A stretch of DNA of 63,015 nt, counting the filler, from Collodictyon triciliatum (Eukaryota), in NCBI GenBank assembly GCA_043381765.1. It is 13 parts of 13 records of this genome, joined end to end, with 100 filler letters (N's around TTAATTAATTAA, not from the genome) between each part and the next. Parts side by side here need not be neighbours in the genome. Positions count along the whole stretch, not along the records: positions 10,148 to 15,122 come from JBHJMP010005590.1; positions 15,223 to 20,195 come from JBHJMP010005591.1; positions 20,296 to 25,267 come from JBHJMP010005592.1; positions 25,368 to 30,339 come from JBHJMP010005593.1; 9 more parts are not named here. One strand, 5' to 3'. Of this stretch, positions 13,501-25,500 are shown piece by piece. A program made the translations under genes and the position numbers. The notes beneath the pieces were generated by a model, which did no database searches, was not told where the DNA came from, and saw nothing but the letters and a program-made list of their open reading frames with translations. The stretch's first letter is position 1. Every line of letters begins with the position of its first letter.

Positions 13501-14922
13501 GGTAAGGCTGGTTGCTGAGTTGGGGCTGTGTCAAATCGATTCAGTACAGAAATTTTCAGATGTTCACTCATCTTGAGCCTTGATTCCAATCTCGAAGCAC
13601 TCCCGACCGAATCTTTATGATATAATGTAATAAGTCACAAGTATTTTAATGCAAGTTTTTTTTTATTAAAATCTACAGTATGTTACATCAATATACCATT
13701 CGACGTTCCGATTTCGCTGTTGAGAATCTTTGATAGACGAATAATTTCTGCAGTTGCGTTTCTTTTTTGGGGAATTGGAGAGAGAGAAAAACATCTTACT
13801 TTTACTCACGCACAATTTTTTTCGATTAACCCTTCGGGTTTTCATAAGAGCTATGTTCATTCGTTTAACTCAGAAGTTGGGGAGAGAATACTCACACATA
13901 ATATTTCTCTTGGACCAAGGGGTCCAATACCTCAGTAATATAGCATGCAACATAGATATGAGACGGGTCATTCTCGGAGCAGGCATTCGAAGCTTGATTC
14001 GATCGCAATCCGTATATGACCTTATTTTTTCTGTATAGATGCACATACTCATCCGAGAGAGGTGGTGGCCCAAGCACATCATAACCGTCTGCAGATAATG
14101 AATTCAAAAGTAAGTTCCAGTTGATATTTTGAATTTAGATAATAACGTAATAATGCTTCAATAGTATTCATGCTAACGTGAAACTAAACCCAGGTTCTTT
14201 TGAATGATTGCTCTGTTTTTTGTCGATTCGCCAATAATTTTGTAACGCGATGATTGTGTGGTTGATATGGTTGTTTCTGAAACTGGTAAGGATCTCTGTT
14301 GCCAGCTTGCTCCGTTCCAAGAGTATGCATAGATACTGTTTTGTGCTCCTTCTGATAGGACCTGGACTATGCCGCTGGCATAATACACGCTTTTTCCGAA
14401 ATACTGATTCGAAAAAGATCCGTCTATTCTTGAATGCAAAAAGAACTGAGTGTCGATGCGGTTGTAAATGTAAACAGCTCCAGAGTTTTGCAAAGAGGCA
14501 TCAGAAGCACATTTCTCGCATCCAACCACAACGACTTTGGAAGCAACAGCAACCGATGAACCAAACTCCACATTTTGATACGGGGTCGGCATTATGATTC
14601 GCTGGGTTTGAATCCACTCATCAGCATTCGAAAGTGTAAATAAATAAACTGCACCAGCCTTATCCAAATCATCAACTATTTCAAAGGGAGCACTAACTAT
14701 TGCATAGCCTTCCATAATGGAGACAGCTTTACCAAACCCCATATGGATTTGTACTTGCTTCGGTTGAAGCATTTGCATCACAGTCCACGACAACTTGGAG
14801 GTTTTCGTGTTTCCATTCGCAAGGAAATGGGATGCGAATATTGATTCCAAAAAGAAGGAATAAAGAATAAGTCGCGCTATGCGACAACCTTGAATGCTGC
14901 CCGTTGGGTGGAACCTCGCCAT
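10537..14922 (-). CDS. Adhesion-GPCR-like receptor: FG-GAP repeats + GAIN/GPS + TOM1/THH1/GPR137-like 7TM
   Basis: N-terminal hydrophobic segment and three FG-GAP-like repeats (FGKAVS...AGAVYLF; FGSSVAV...SGAVYIY; FGKSV). GPS motif PTCKSWNEATKSWVSDG...VCTSTHL|SDFAIYL across exons 12189-12345 and 11815-12044. Seven hydrophobic helices splice in phase to TGA at 10537, including LRLVYFVM and SLPFFFLYMVHSLMAFLW. Junctions between 12960 and 13900 are not fully resolved. Confidence 0.75.
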
Positions 14923-15028
14923 CACGCTTCGTTGTCCTTGTATGGGTCGGGCGAGCGTACTTCTTTCTTTATTTGATGTTGTCTAATTTAAAGAGTTGAG
15001 TTTAAAAGGACAGGCTTGCTGGAATGCC

Positions 15029-15030
<2 letters not shown>

Positions 15031-15122
<92 letters not shown>
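15031..15122. repeat. (TAT)n microsatellite at contig end
   Basis: Perfect trinucleotide array. Confidence 0.95.
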
Positions 15123-15482
15123 NNNNNNNNNNNNNNNNNNNNNNNNNNNNNNNNNNNNNNNNNNNNTTAATTAATTAANNNNNNNNNNNNNNNNNNNNNN
15201 NNNNNNNNNNNNNNNNNNNNNNAAAAAAGAAGAAAAAAAGAAGAAAAAAAGAAGAAAAAAAGAAGAAAAAAGAAGAAAAAAAGAAGAAAAAAAGAAGAAA
15301 AAAAGAAGAAAAAAAGAAGAAAAAGAAGAAAAAAAGAAGAAAAAGAAGAAAAAGAAGAAAAAAAGAAGAAAAAAAGAAGAAAAAAAGAAGAAAAAAAGTA
15401 GAAAAAGAAAGACTATACTACAACTAAATCAGCATTTTTTTTTAACATCGCAATATCTGGCGTGTTACTGCTATGTACTTAC

Positions 15483-17505
15483 ATCCATTATAACTGTGGA
15501 TGAAATTTTAAGGGCGTGTTCAGGTCCTTTGAATGTGAAGCCACTTCGACCTTCATCATCAGTTAAAATGAGCCCCCGGACGAGCCCAAATAGAGGCATC
15601 AGCACATCTTTAGACTTTCAGATGTTGGACGGTATTATTATTCATTTGTTCGATTAAAAGGATAATACCAAAATAAATATTTAAAAATTGTAACTTGAAG
15701 TTTTGAATTTGAAATACATGTAAAATGAATCACACGATGAATTGTACTGTTGTTAAATACCACATTTAAATTGATCAAATATTAAATATCACATACTAAG
15801 TGGGTTGCAATTACAATTTCCATTAAATCGACCACATTATTTTCTACAAGAAAGACACGGTTGGATTCATTTTTTATGCATGAATTTTTTAGTGCGTTAC
15901 ATCCAGATATACAAACCTATGCATTTTTTGTAAGACTTTCTATTTAAAAAACAAGCAATCTTTGAAATCACACTGATCCATCGATTTGATAAAAGAGACG
16001 TTTTCATTATGAGGTTGCATTTCTCTGAGCTCTTAAGATGAAAGTCAATATTATTGAATGAGAATGCAAATATAATATTTCATTCAGTACTCACTTTGGG
16101 CATATGAGAATTTTCTCGGATTATGCGCATGACAAGCTCAAAGTTGGCGGGAGAAATAAAGTCTCTGAATGCAGGAACGCGAAGTGAAGTAACCAACGCA
16201 GATAAAACATCTGCGACAACAGTGACGAAGGATTGTTCATCGAGAAGTGCAAAGAGAATATTCAATCCGCCCATCCTATCAAAAATAGCTTTCCCTTGTT
16301 CATCCTATTCCCAAGTACGAATTTGGTACTTTTTAAAATAAAATAAAATAAAATAAAATAAAATAAAATAAAATAAAATAAAATAAAATAAAATAAAATA
16401 AAATAAAATAAAATAAAATAAAATAAAATAAAATAAAATAAAATAAAACAAAGTAAAGTAAAGTAAAGTAAAGTAAAGTAAAGTAAAATAAAATATAATT
16501 AAGTAAAATAATTTTAAATGCAATCAAATGATTTCTGGACGTTCGACAATAGTTATCAAAGAAATTATGGTTCCTATTTTCACTTTCGATGTTCTCTGAA
16601 TTACCTGTCCGATTTCCCTCTGCAGGGATTTGAGAACCGGCACTATTCCGTCGCAGTTATTGGATTCTTTCATAAAATTGAGGTCTGTCATGATTTGGTT
16701 CATGACATGAGCTAACTAATCACCCGTTAGTATGCCGATTACAGTGCGAATGATATTAAATACTTCAGTTCCCATAACTAAACAATAGACATAAAATAAA
16801 ATATGAACCCGAAATTAAAACAAAGAACATATGAGCGAATAAGCCAATGATGAAACATATGATGGGGTTTGCTAGATTATGCACATAGTGCTTATGTTCT
16901 AAACAAACAAACAAACAAACAAACAAACAAACAAACAAACAAACAAACAAACAAACAAACAAAAATATAAATAAATAAATAAATATAAATAAACCGTGAG
17001 AAACAAACAAACAAAAATATAAATAAATAAATATAAATAAACATAAATAAATATAAATAAATATAAATAAATAAATATAAATAAACCGTGAGAAACAAAC
17101 AGACAAAAAAATATAAATAAACAAATAAATATAAATACATCGCGAGAAACCTCTTTTTCCTTGCGAAGCTCTGGAGGAGTTCTGTCAATATGTGCGAGGT
17201 CTGCCCCTTGTAATTTCATCTGGCTCTCTGCGTCCTCCACGGCTTCTTCATAGCTCATATCTTGTATGCATTTATATTATTAATTGCGAATGACTAATGA
17301 TTCATTTTTATCAGATAGCTACGACATTCCGATTATTATTTTGTGAACATATCCGACCCGCACGAAATATAAACATGCTGGTCCTTGCAATCGGTTGTGG
17401 TGTTTGTAAAGAGAAGTATGTCAAGGACAAAAGAAAAACCTCACCAAACTCAGCCATGTTTTCAGACACAATCGAGTCGAAAGTCTCCTGTGATATCTTT
17501 GACAT
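15483..17505 (-). CDS. ARMC6: Armadillo repeat-containing protein 6-like, 3' partial
   Basis: MSKISQETFDSIVSENMAEF-DMSYEEAVEDAESQMKLQGADLAHI matches the ARMC6 N-terminus. A later exon reads VRGLILTDDEGRSGFTFKGPEHALKI. Confidence 0.8.
16335..17140. repeat. Intronic (AAAAT)n, (AAAGT)n, (AAAC)n and composite AT-rich repeats in ARMC6
   Basis: Direct tandem arrays at about 16335-16495 and 16900-17140. Confidence 0.9.
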
Positions 17506-17946
17506 GGTGCGCAGAAGTGTTTCTTTTAAAGTTTTTACATATGATCAGTAACAAGACATGTAATTATGGCTCGTTGCACGCGTGTGTGTCAAACGTGGCG
17601 GCAGCACCGAAGGCTTCCTGTAGGGCAACTGTCTTCTTTCTAGAAAACAGGTGACTAGCCACAAAGAAAAGAAGAAGAAAATAAAAAAGAAAAAGAATTA
17701 AAAAGAAAAGAAAAGAAGAAGAAAATAAAAAAAGAAAAAGAATAAAAAAGAAAAAGAATAAAAAAGAAAAAGAATAAAAAAGAAAAAGAATAAAAAAGAA
17801 AAAGAATAAAAAGGAAAAAGAATAAACAAGAAAGAATAAAAAAGAAAAGAAAAAGAAAAAGAAAAAAAAGTAAAAAACCCCAGAGAAAATGTCAAGTGGA
17901 AAAGAGAATCAAGGGCAAAGAAGTAACATATGCTTTCGAAAAACAA

Positions 17947-18056
17947 GGTTTATTCGGACTGAGAATTGCTTGAGCGAACAGAGTCAGGGTTGACGAGTTT
18001 GCTGGCTTGAACACAGCCGACGGCATACGGAAGACTCTCGCTTGGGGGAATAAACC
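17947..18056 (+). ncRNA. Candidate structured small RNA or miniature inverted-repeat element
   Basis: Terminal stem GGTTTATTC/GAATAAACC; inner stems CTTGAGCG/CGCTTGGG (G-U), AGAGTC/GACTCT, GTTTGCT/GGCATAC, GGCT/AGCC. No family recognised. Confidence 0.3.
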
Positions 18057-18175
18057 AGAGTATCATAAAACGAATAGATATAGTCATTGGAAGGTGAGCA
18101 TGAACAGCGCATCAGCAAAGGCCTCCGTGTCACATTTGCTCATATAGAAAAGCTGCAAAAAGCCAAAGGGACTAC

Positions 18176-19808
18176 TCACACAATACCCGAGCGAACTTCG
18201 CCTTCACACTGATGTATTATTGTTGAAACTCCGTCATCTCTGTTTGATGCCTCAATCATACTTGACCAAAGCAAAGCAACAACCTTGCGGGCCTTGACAG
18301 ATGCAACGAAATCATAAATTGTGTATAAAAATGACGATGAGTGCAGGAAAGTGAAGCCCAAAGAAACAGATATAATGTTCGGTCAACTGTGGCAATCTAG
18401 CAAAATAATAATAAAAAAAATAATATATTATTTACATATGACGAGAAAAAACGAGAGGAATTTTACACAGGATTCCCGAAATCCCCAGTCTCTCATAGAC
18501 AACTCGCATTTAGTGGCTGTTGTGTTCTGCTGCTCAATAAGTGCCGCAAGCGTTTCAGCATATATGAAGTGTTTTGAATCATCTCCTTTAACATTCATCG
18601 CCTGCGTTATTTAATGCCCCATTATTTTGATAAGCAAGAAGGTTTGACTGCAAGCGAAAAAGAAGAACTTTGACGAATCCAAAAAAAATGGAAAGCATTT
18701 TTTATATTGAAAAAATTATAATCGCATGATGCCCAACAAATAAAATACAAACTCCGTGGAGAAGGTGGTATATGAATGGCCGAAAACGATGAAAGTTAAT
18801 ATTTTTTCGATTCATTCGAAGTTTGTACTCCGGTAGTCCCGTTACTAGCTTGTTTGTTGCTAGTATCTTTAATTTCCAGTGGTATCTCTTCATTCTCTTC
18901 ATTTGAGCTTTCTCAATCTAGATAAATAGTTCATACTTTGACAGGAAATATATGCATATACAAAGTATATTGTTTGAAAGATGCCAGTAAATTTAAGAAC
19001 TTTAAACATTTAACACATAATAATAAACTCAAAGCAAAGTGCTTTTGTGACTCTTTTTGAATTGTCTTTTTTCCCCTTCTTGATATCTCTTAAATATGGT
19101 TTCTAAAACTTACACTGTTTGAATGTTTCATGGGGAAAACAAGCTTTTCAGTCAATATGTCATATTTAGCCCCGGCCTTTTTCATCAATTTTTCATCATT
19201 TGTTTCGCAAATACCTTATTTTTATAAAGTTTTGAAACAAAAGACCGAATATAATATCAAAAATAAAAAACTGTTACTAGCCTTATTTATGAATCTAAAA
19301 ATGTTGCCATAATTTAGAATAAAACATTTTCTTTTTTCTTTGCATTCATCATAAACACGTGTTTGAGCACTAGCCATCGAGTCTCAATGAAAATCGTCCA
19401 GAGAGTTAATCACGACCCAATATAATAAACAATTCTTTTCTAAAAAAAGAAAAGAAACTATCAAATACCTTCTACATCTCTCATGATTAAGTGGAGACGA
19501 AAACAGAGGGACTATTGTTGGTAATTATGACTTCATTAATGACGTGTTCCCTGTATTTTGCCACTGATTCTTTTTATATTAGATGTAGATAGATGAAAGT
19601 GTAGGGATGATGTCTGAATTACCGTCGGGTCGGATGTAATGACCTGGGAGAAGCAAGTATCTTCATATATGTCCCCTTTCTTTTCCGCCAAGGACACCCC
19701 AGGATAAACTTTCGACACTTCTGCTAGGTTTGCTTCATTTGCATCCAGCCCAAGTGGTCTACTGTCCTCTGGAAGGCGATGCCTCTTTGCTGGCGGGGTT
19801 TCTACTGT
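18176..19808 (-). CDS. Hypothetical multi-exon gene, 5' partial, possibly degenerate
   Basis: Exon-like blocks TVETPPAKRHRLPEDSRPLG..., ICETNDEKLMKKAGAKYDILTEKLVFP, IEKAQMKRMKRYHWKLK and AMNVKGDDSKHFIYAETLAAL, bounded by AG/GT. Confidence 0.35.
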
Positions 19809-19984
19809 GCGATTAGAAAAAATAGATAGAAAACATCAAAATAAAACATCTTTTTAGGCACATGAAGTAAGCAAGTAATGACGCACACAAAAAAGAGTAA
19901 GGAACACCATCAAATAAACTTTTTTAAAAAAAAGGAAAAGAAAAAAGACTCAACAAGACTCCGATAAACTTAGTAAAATGGCAC

Positions 19985-20195
19985 AAAAAAAGAAACAAAA
20001 AGAAACAAAAAGAAACAAAAAGAAACAAAAAGAAACAAAAAGAAACAAAAAGAAACAAAAAGAAACAAAAAAAGAAACAAAAAAGAAACAAAAAAAAAGA
20101 CACAAAAAGACACAAAAAGACACAAAAAGACACAAAAAGACACAAAAAGACACAAAAAGACACAAAAAGACACAAAAAGACACAAAAAGACACAA
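19985..20195. repeat. (AGAAACAAAA)n / (ACACAAAAAG)n 10-mer arrays at contig end
   Basis: Direct tandem arrays. Confidence 0.93.
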
Positions 20196-20840
20196 NNNNN
20201 NNNNNNNNNNNNNNNNNNNNNNNNNNNNNNNNNNNNNNNTTAATTAATTAANNNNNNNNNNNNNNNNNNNNNNNNNNNNNNNNNNNNNNNNNNNNGAGTT
20301 CTCCGTATGGCGGAGGAATGTGCGATCGTTCTCGCGCTCTTGAGCAGAAACAGCTTTTGTACCAGTTCAACTATGTCGACCTTTTGGTTTCTTGCTTCTG
20401 AAACAGAATTTTTCGAAGGTCAGAAAATCAGGGTTTTTTTTTTGAAAAGAGGCAGTGTCGTAAGGCGTACAGCCATCCTTTTTCTCTTCCAATCCAAGAA
20501 TTAAACACGATGGGAAAATAACACTCATACTAGAGTGTTTGATCGAAAGGAGCTTGTCATTGTAGCTGCCTGAATCATTGCTACTCTCGATGAACCTTTC
20601 CTTCTCAAAAGGAAAAAAAAAAAAAAAAGAAGAAAACTTCTGACTAACATGCACCCCTGTCTGTCTGAGTCGAGTCCTAACACAACGCTTGCTATAACCA
20701 ACGCCATAAGAAAAGAGAAATCGCTTCAATATAATAGGGACGAATAACAATATTCTATAATGTAAAGTGCTCTGCGCTTGCTTCAACTTCCACATACTAA
20801 TCCCATTCATCACATACACAAAACGCAGAAATCGCAAAAA

Positions 20841-23800
20841 ATGCTTTCACGTTTCGCTCGCCAGTCCACAAAGACTGCCGCGCTGGTCATGTCTGCTCGC
20901 ACAGGTTTGCTTAGACTCTCGACTTAACTTCAAATCAATAGGCCAACTTGACCAGAATACTCAAGGCCTGTAGTACCTCCAAATTGAAGAATTATCCTAC
21001 TACACGCAATTATGATATTAAATATATCAATACGAATAAAGACTCTCTGGATAATATTTTAATGGAAATAAACTAAATCCTACTTCAGTACCCTCTGCGT
21101 TTGTCCGTCACAACACCACCGAAGGGAAAAAGAGCTTTGGTAACCTAAAGGATGAGGATCGCATCTTCACTAATCTTTATGGCCAGCGCGACTATGGAAT
21201 CAAAGGCGCCATGCTTCGTGTAAGTCGATCGTGCTATACACATATAGTCATATAAACCGGAGCTGACGTGGATTGATATAAAAATTAGCTATCTAAAACT
21301 ACATGTCCACTAAAAGCTATGTTTGTTATCTATTTTGTAGGGCGATTGGCACAGAACCAAAGACATTCTGCTGAAGGGACAGGACTGGATCATTGAGGAG
21401 ATGAAAAAGAGTGGGCTTCGCGGACGTGGTGGTGCTGGATTCCCCTCGGGACTCAAATGGTCATTCATGCCAAAAGTGTCCGATGGGCGGTAATGATATT
21501 CACATATATATCCATGACTGCCTCCTTCTCTTACAAATTAGTCAAGGGCTTCTGGTGGATTCAGCTGTTCCATCCATCAACCAGGCTCTGTGACGTGTGT
21601 GAAGTCCTGGCCCGAATTTTTTTTTTTTATTGTCCATCTGGTCCCCTTACACTCCACTAGTTGCAAACGCCTCTTTTGTGTTTTCTCACTCACTATATCT
21701 CATAGACCGCAGTATCTAGTCGTCAATGCCGACGAAGGTGAACCTGGAACATGCAAAGACAGAGAAATCATGAGGCACGATCCCCACAAACTCGTCGAGG
21801 GCTGCCTCCTGGCCGGCTTCGGCATGCGCGCCTGTGCTGGTACTGTGTCCCTCTCAGAAAATCCAAAAACTGGAATACTAATTAAGGAGAAAAGAAACTA
21901 CTCGTTTAATCGCATTCATGCATAACAATAATCCTCTTGTGCACCGGCTCGCACTCCTTCATATAGTCACGTATGAATTTCTATCATTCGAGAGAGTTTT
22001 CCAAACATAATTTCAATATTAGCATACATTTACGTACGTGGGGAGTTTGGATACGAAATTCAGCACCTCCAGGAGGCCATCGACCAAGCATATGCAGGTT
22101 TTTGTCGTATTTAAAGCATATTCAGGAGCTATTCTCGGCAAACCATGGAATAATCCTCGTAATACATCACCCAAACAGCTGGTTTCATCGGAAAGAACGC
22201 TTGCGGATCTGGTTATGACTTTGATGTCTACGTACATGCTGGTCTGTCATTAATATTGTTGTACCTATGGTTATGCATTCCCAATAGACACGTCCAACTT
22301 TTTTTTAAAAAAAATATGTATATAAGGCGCTGGCGCTTATATTTGTGGAGAGGAAACAGCGCTTATCGAGAGTTTGGAGGGAAAGCAAGGGAAGCCCCGC
22401 ATGAAGCCTCCATTTCCAGCAAACATTGGTTTGTGGGGATGCCCAACTACCGTTGCAAACGTCGAGACTGTTGCTGTTGCACCCACCATCCTCCGCCGGT
22501 AATCCTTTCATCTCTTCCCTACACCACAACAAATTCGAGAACACATAGACATCTTTGGTTACATGTGGTTGATATGGTATGTTGTAATCCATTTATGAAT
22601 CAATGCAATGGCTAGTGGTCCCGAATGGTTTGCCTCATTTGGACGCCCGAAGAACAGTGGTACCAAACTGTTTTGCATATCTGGCCATGTCAACAACCCT
22701 TGCACTGTTGAGGGTATACTTCAACTTCACTGTTATGACTTAGTTTTATGATTTTCTGTTTAAAACATGGGTCGCTGTGCGTTTTACTTCCTCTTCTCTT
22801 TACTTCAGACTGCTTAATATCAAGTAAATCATAACGGCATGAACTGTATTTACTCTGTAATATTCGTTATTGTTTTACATTCTACATACTTAACAAGTTT
22901 TCAAACACAACAGAGGAAATGAGCATCCCCTTGAAGGAGCTGATCGAACGTCACGCCGGTGGTGTCCGTGGCGGATGGGATAATCTTCTGGGCATCATTC
23001 CCGGTGGCGCCTCTGTCCCAATTCTTCCCAAATCTACCTGCTCCGAAGTCCTGTATGTAAACTCACGCTTCATATACCATGCACATAGAGAGGGAAATCA
23101 AGTTGACTAGCAAAAAAAAAAAAAAAAATCAGCCACCACACCCCCTTTGCTTGGATGACATTTTACTTTCATAACCATTTACCCTTCGACATTTCCAGGA
23201 TGGATTTTGATGCTCTTCGTGACGTCCGCTCTGGTCTAGGGACCGCTGCTGTGATTGTGATGGACAAGTCCACAGATGTTATCGAGGTCAAGAATGAAAG
23301 ATATTGGCTTCAGCCTTTAAACCCTAATCCACTGGCTTATACTTTTCCTGCTTTCTTCTTTTCCCTCCCATTCTAAGTACACTATCAACATTATCTGAGG
23401 AGTAAGAACATATGTAAACACATACTACATAATCCAGGCCATTGGACGACTTTCCACCTTCTACAAGCACGAAAGCTGCGGCCAATGCACTCCATGCCGC
23501 GAAGGCACCGGTTGGATGATGAAGATTATGGAGAGGATGCGCACCGGTGACGCGGAAATCGAAGAAATAGACATGCTCCACGTATGTTGCAGTACCTTCT
23601 ACACACAACGCACAATAGCTCTTGCCACTGAGTGAGACAGCCCCTGCTGATAATCCGAATCCAGAGTATTGCTAACACCTAACCCCGCCCATCACAGGAA
23701 ATCAGCAAGGAGATTGAAGGCCACACAATCTGCGCTCTGGGAGACGCTGCTGCTTGGCCCGTCCAGGGACTCATCCGCAGCTTCCGTCCCGAAATGGAGG

Positions 23801-23847
23801 AGCGCATCCGCAAGCGCAAAGCGCAGTTGGCCACCAGCAGCAATTAA
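20841..23847 (+). CDS. NDUFV1: Mitochondrial complex I 51 kDa flavoprotein subunit (NuoF), 12 exons, complete
   Basis: Presequence [15 protein letters not shown]; motifs [105 protein letters not shown]. All 11 introns are GT-AG and in phase. Confidence 0.98.
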
Positions 23848-24390
23848 ACACTTTACCTGAAACCCTTTTATTAAGAAACACAGTATTGCAAGAATGAGAG
23901 AAACCAGGCTGAAGAACACAACAAGCACCACAAGCGGCGATGAACTGATATTGGAATCAGTGGGAAAAAACTATGCCTCACAGATAATAGTTACAAAGGC
24001 ATCCCGTCCAATCAGATCCACTTTTCTTCTCCTCCCCATCTCCAACAGAAGCGACATCTCATGCGCTTCGCTAGGAATAATATTAACAAAAAGAAAAAAA
24101 AGAAAAAGAAGACAATGATTGATAATCACATAGGTTTACAAGCACCACTCCTTCGCACGCGCGTAACATTCAGTCATATTGTGGCTGTCCACAGTCAAAG
24201 TTGCACCTTTCTCACCAACACAAGACACGATCTTGATTGTAGGTGTTTTTGGCCGAAAGATTCGCTTGCCCTTCAACATTTTGCGATCCGCTGTATCTTT
24301 TATCAAACGGCGTCGCATCCAAAGCCTCACATATACATCTCACACCCAATAACCGAACTGATCCTGCTGCGGTCTTTGTAGGCCTCTCTC

Positions 24391-25054
24391 TCACGCTCTC
24401 TGTCGCGCCTTCGTGCGGTCAGCAACCTCGATTGTCGGGTTATCCAAGAGAATCTCGATCAGGGGTTGCCTACACAAGTCAGAGCCAGAGCAACTACTTT
24501 GATAAAAAAGCAACCGAAGCTACTCATCACTGTTTCAGTGGGAGAATATCTGGAAACAAGATGGCCATGGAATGGATAAGGAGGGTACCAATCGCTCTCG
24601 TTGCCACATTCAACGCTCTTGACGAACCCATGGGCTGCAGAGTCCATTTGGCCCAAGTGCATCAGGCAAAAGGAAAGTAGGTGTTGCGCCTCTTTTCGGG
24701 TGGGCTCGTGCCGAAGACAACTGGCAAGCGCCTCCACCGCATTGTGATATTGCCCCAGGCGATAAAATCCTCGAGCGGCGTAGAGCCAGGCCACGGGATC
24801 TAGAAGAGGAAGAGATCTTTTAATGATCTGGATAAGAGCATGAGGATCCAACATCATTATTCCGCAACTTATGCATATTGAAAGAAAGAAAAAAGGCAGC
24901 AGTGGCTAAGGAGCCTGCGTTGGCATTCAGAGAGGAAATCAAAGTCATATATAGGGCTGCTAAGAAGGCTTTGGCTGGCAAGGAGACCTTGAGGGAGAAA
25001 TCCAACGTTTGCCTTTAGCGTTGCCTTCACGTTCGATCGGTCTTCTTCAGCCAT
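24391..25054 (-). CDS. Small TPR-repeat protein (about 118 aa), 3 exons
   Basis: Spliced MAEEDRSNVKATLKANVGFLPQ-DPVAWLYAARGFYRLGQYHNAVEALASCL...AQHLLSFCLMHLGQMDSAAHGFVKSV...DW-QPLIEILLDNP...*; two TPR-like helical pairs. Confidence 0.7.
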
Positions 25055-25204
25055 GGCTATTTCTAGCGCCAGCACTTTTTACCTGGTCATTCGCAAATGG
25101 ACAGGTTTTTGCTCAGATGGATTGGTTTGAGTCACTGTTGTTCATCGATTCATGTTTTGTTTTTTGTTTTGTTTTTTGTTTTGTTTTTTGTTTTGTTTTT
25201 TTTT

Positions 25205-25267
<63 letters not shown>

Positions 25268-25382
25268 NNNNNNNNNNNNNNNNNNNNNNNNNNNNNNNNN
25301 NNNNNNNNNNNTTAATTAATTAANNNNNNNNNNNNNNNNNNNNNNNNNNNNNNNNNNNNNNNNNNNNGTCCACAACACGTGC

Positions 25383-25500
25383 TACCCCAACCCTCGCCTA
25401 ACCCTAGCTTAACCCTACCCTAACCCTAGCTTAACACTCGTCTGGCCTGCCTCCAGCCCTACTTTCTGCCCTGCCCTACCCGCTAGTTACCCTGGCCCTC
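25383..25500 (+). repeat. Degenerate telomere-like (CCCTAA/TAACCC) repeats at contig start
   Basis: CCTAACCCTAGCTTAACCCTACCCTAACCCTAGCTTAAC, then C-rich variants. Confidence 0.45.

Noticed and set aside
17985-18040. SECIS or TPP riboswitch reading of the hairpin
   Set aside because: Core is UUGAC rather than AUGA, no AAA loop, no upstream + strand selenoprotein, and no TPP 3' consensus
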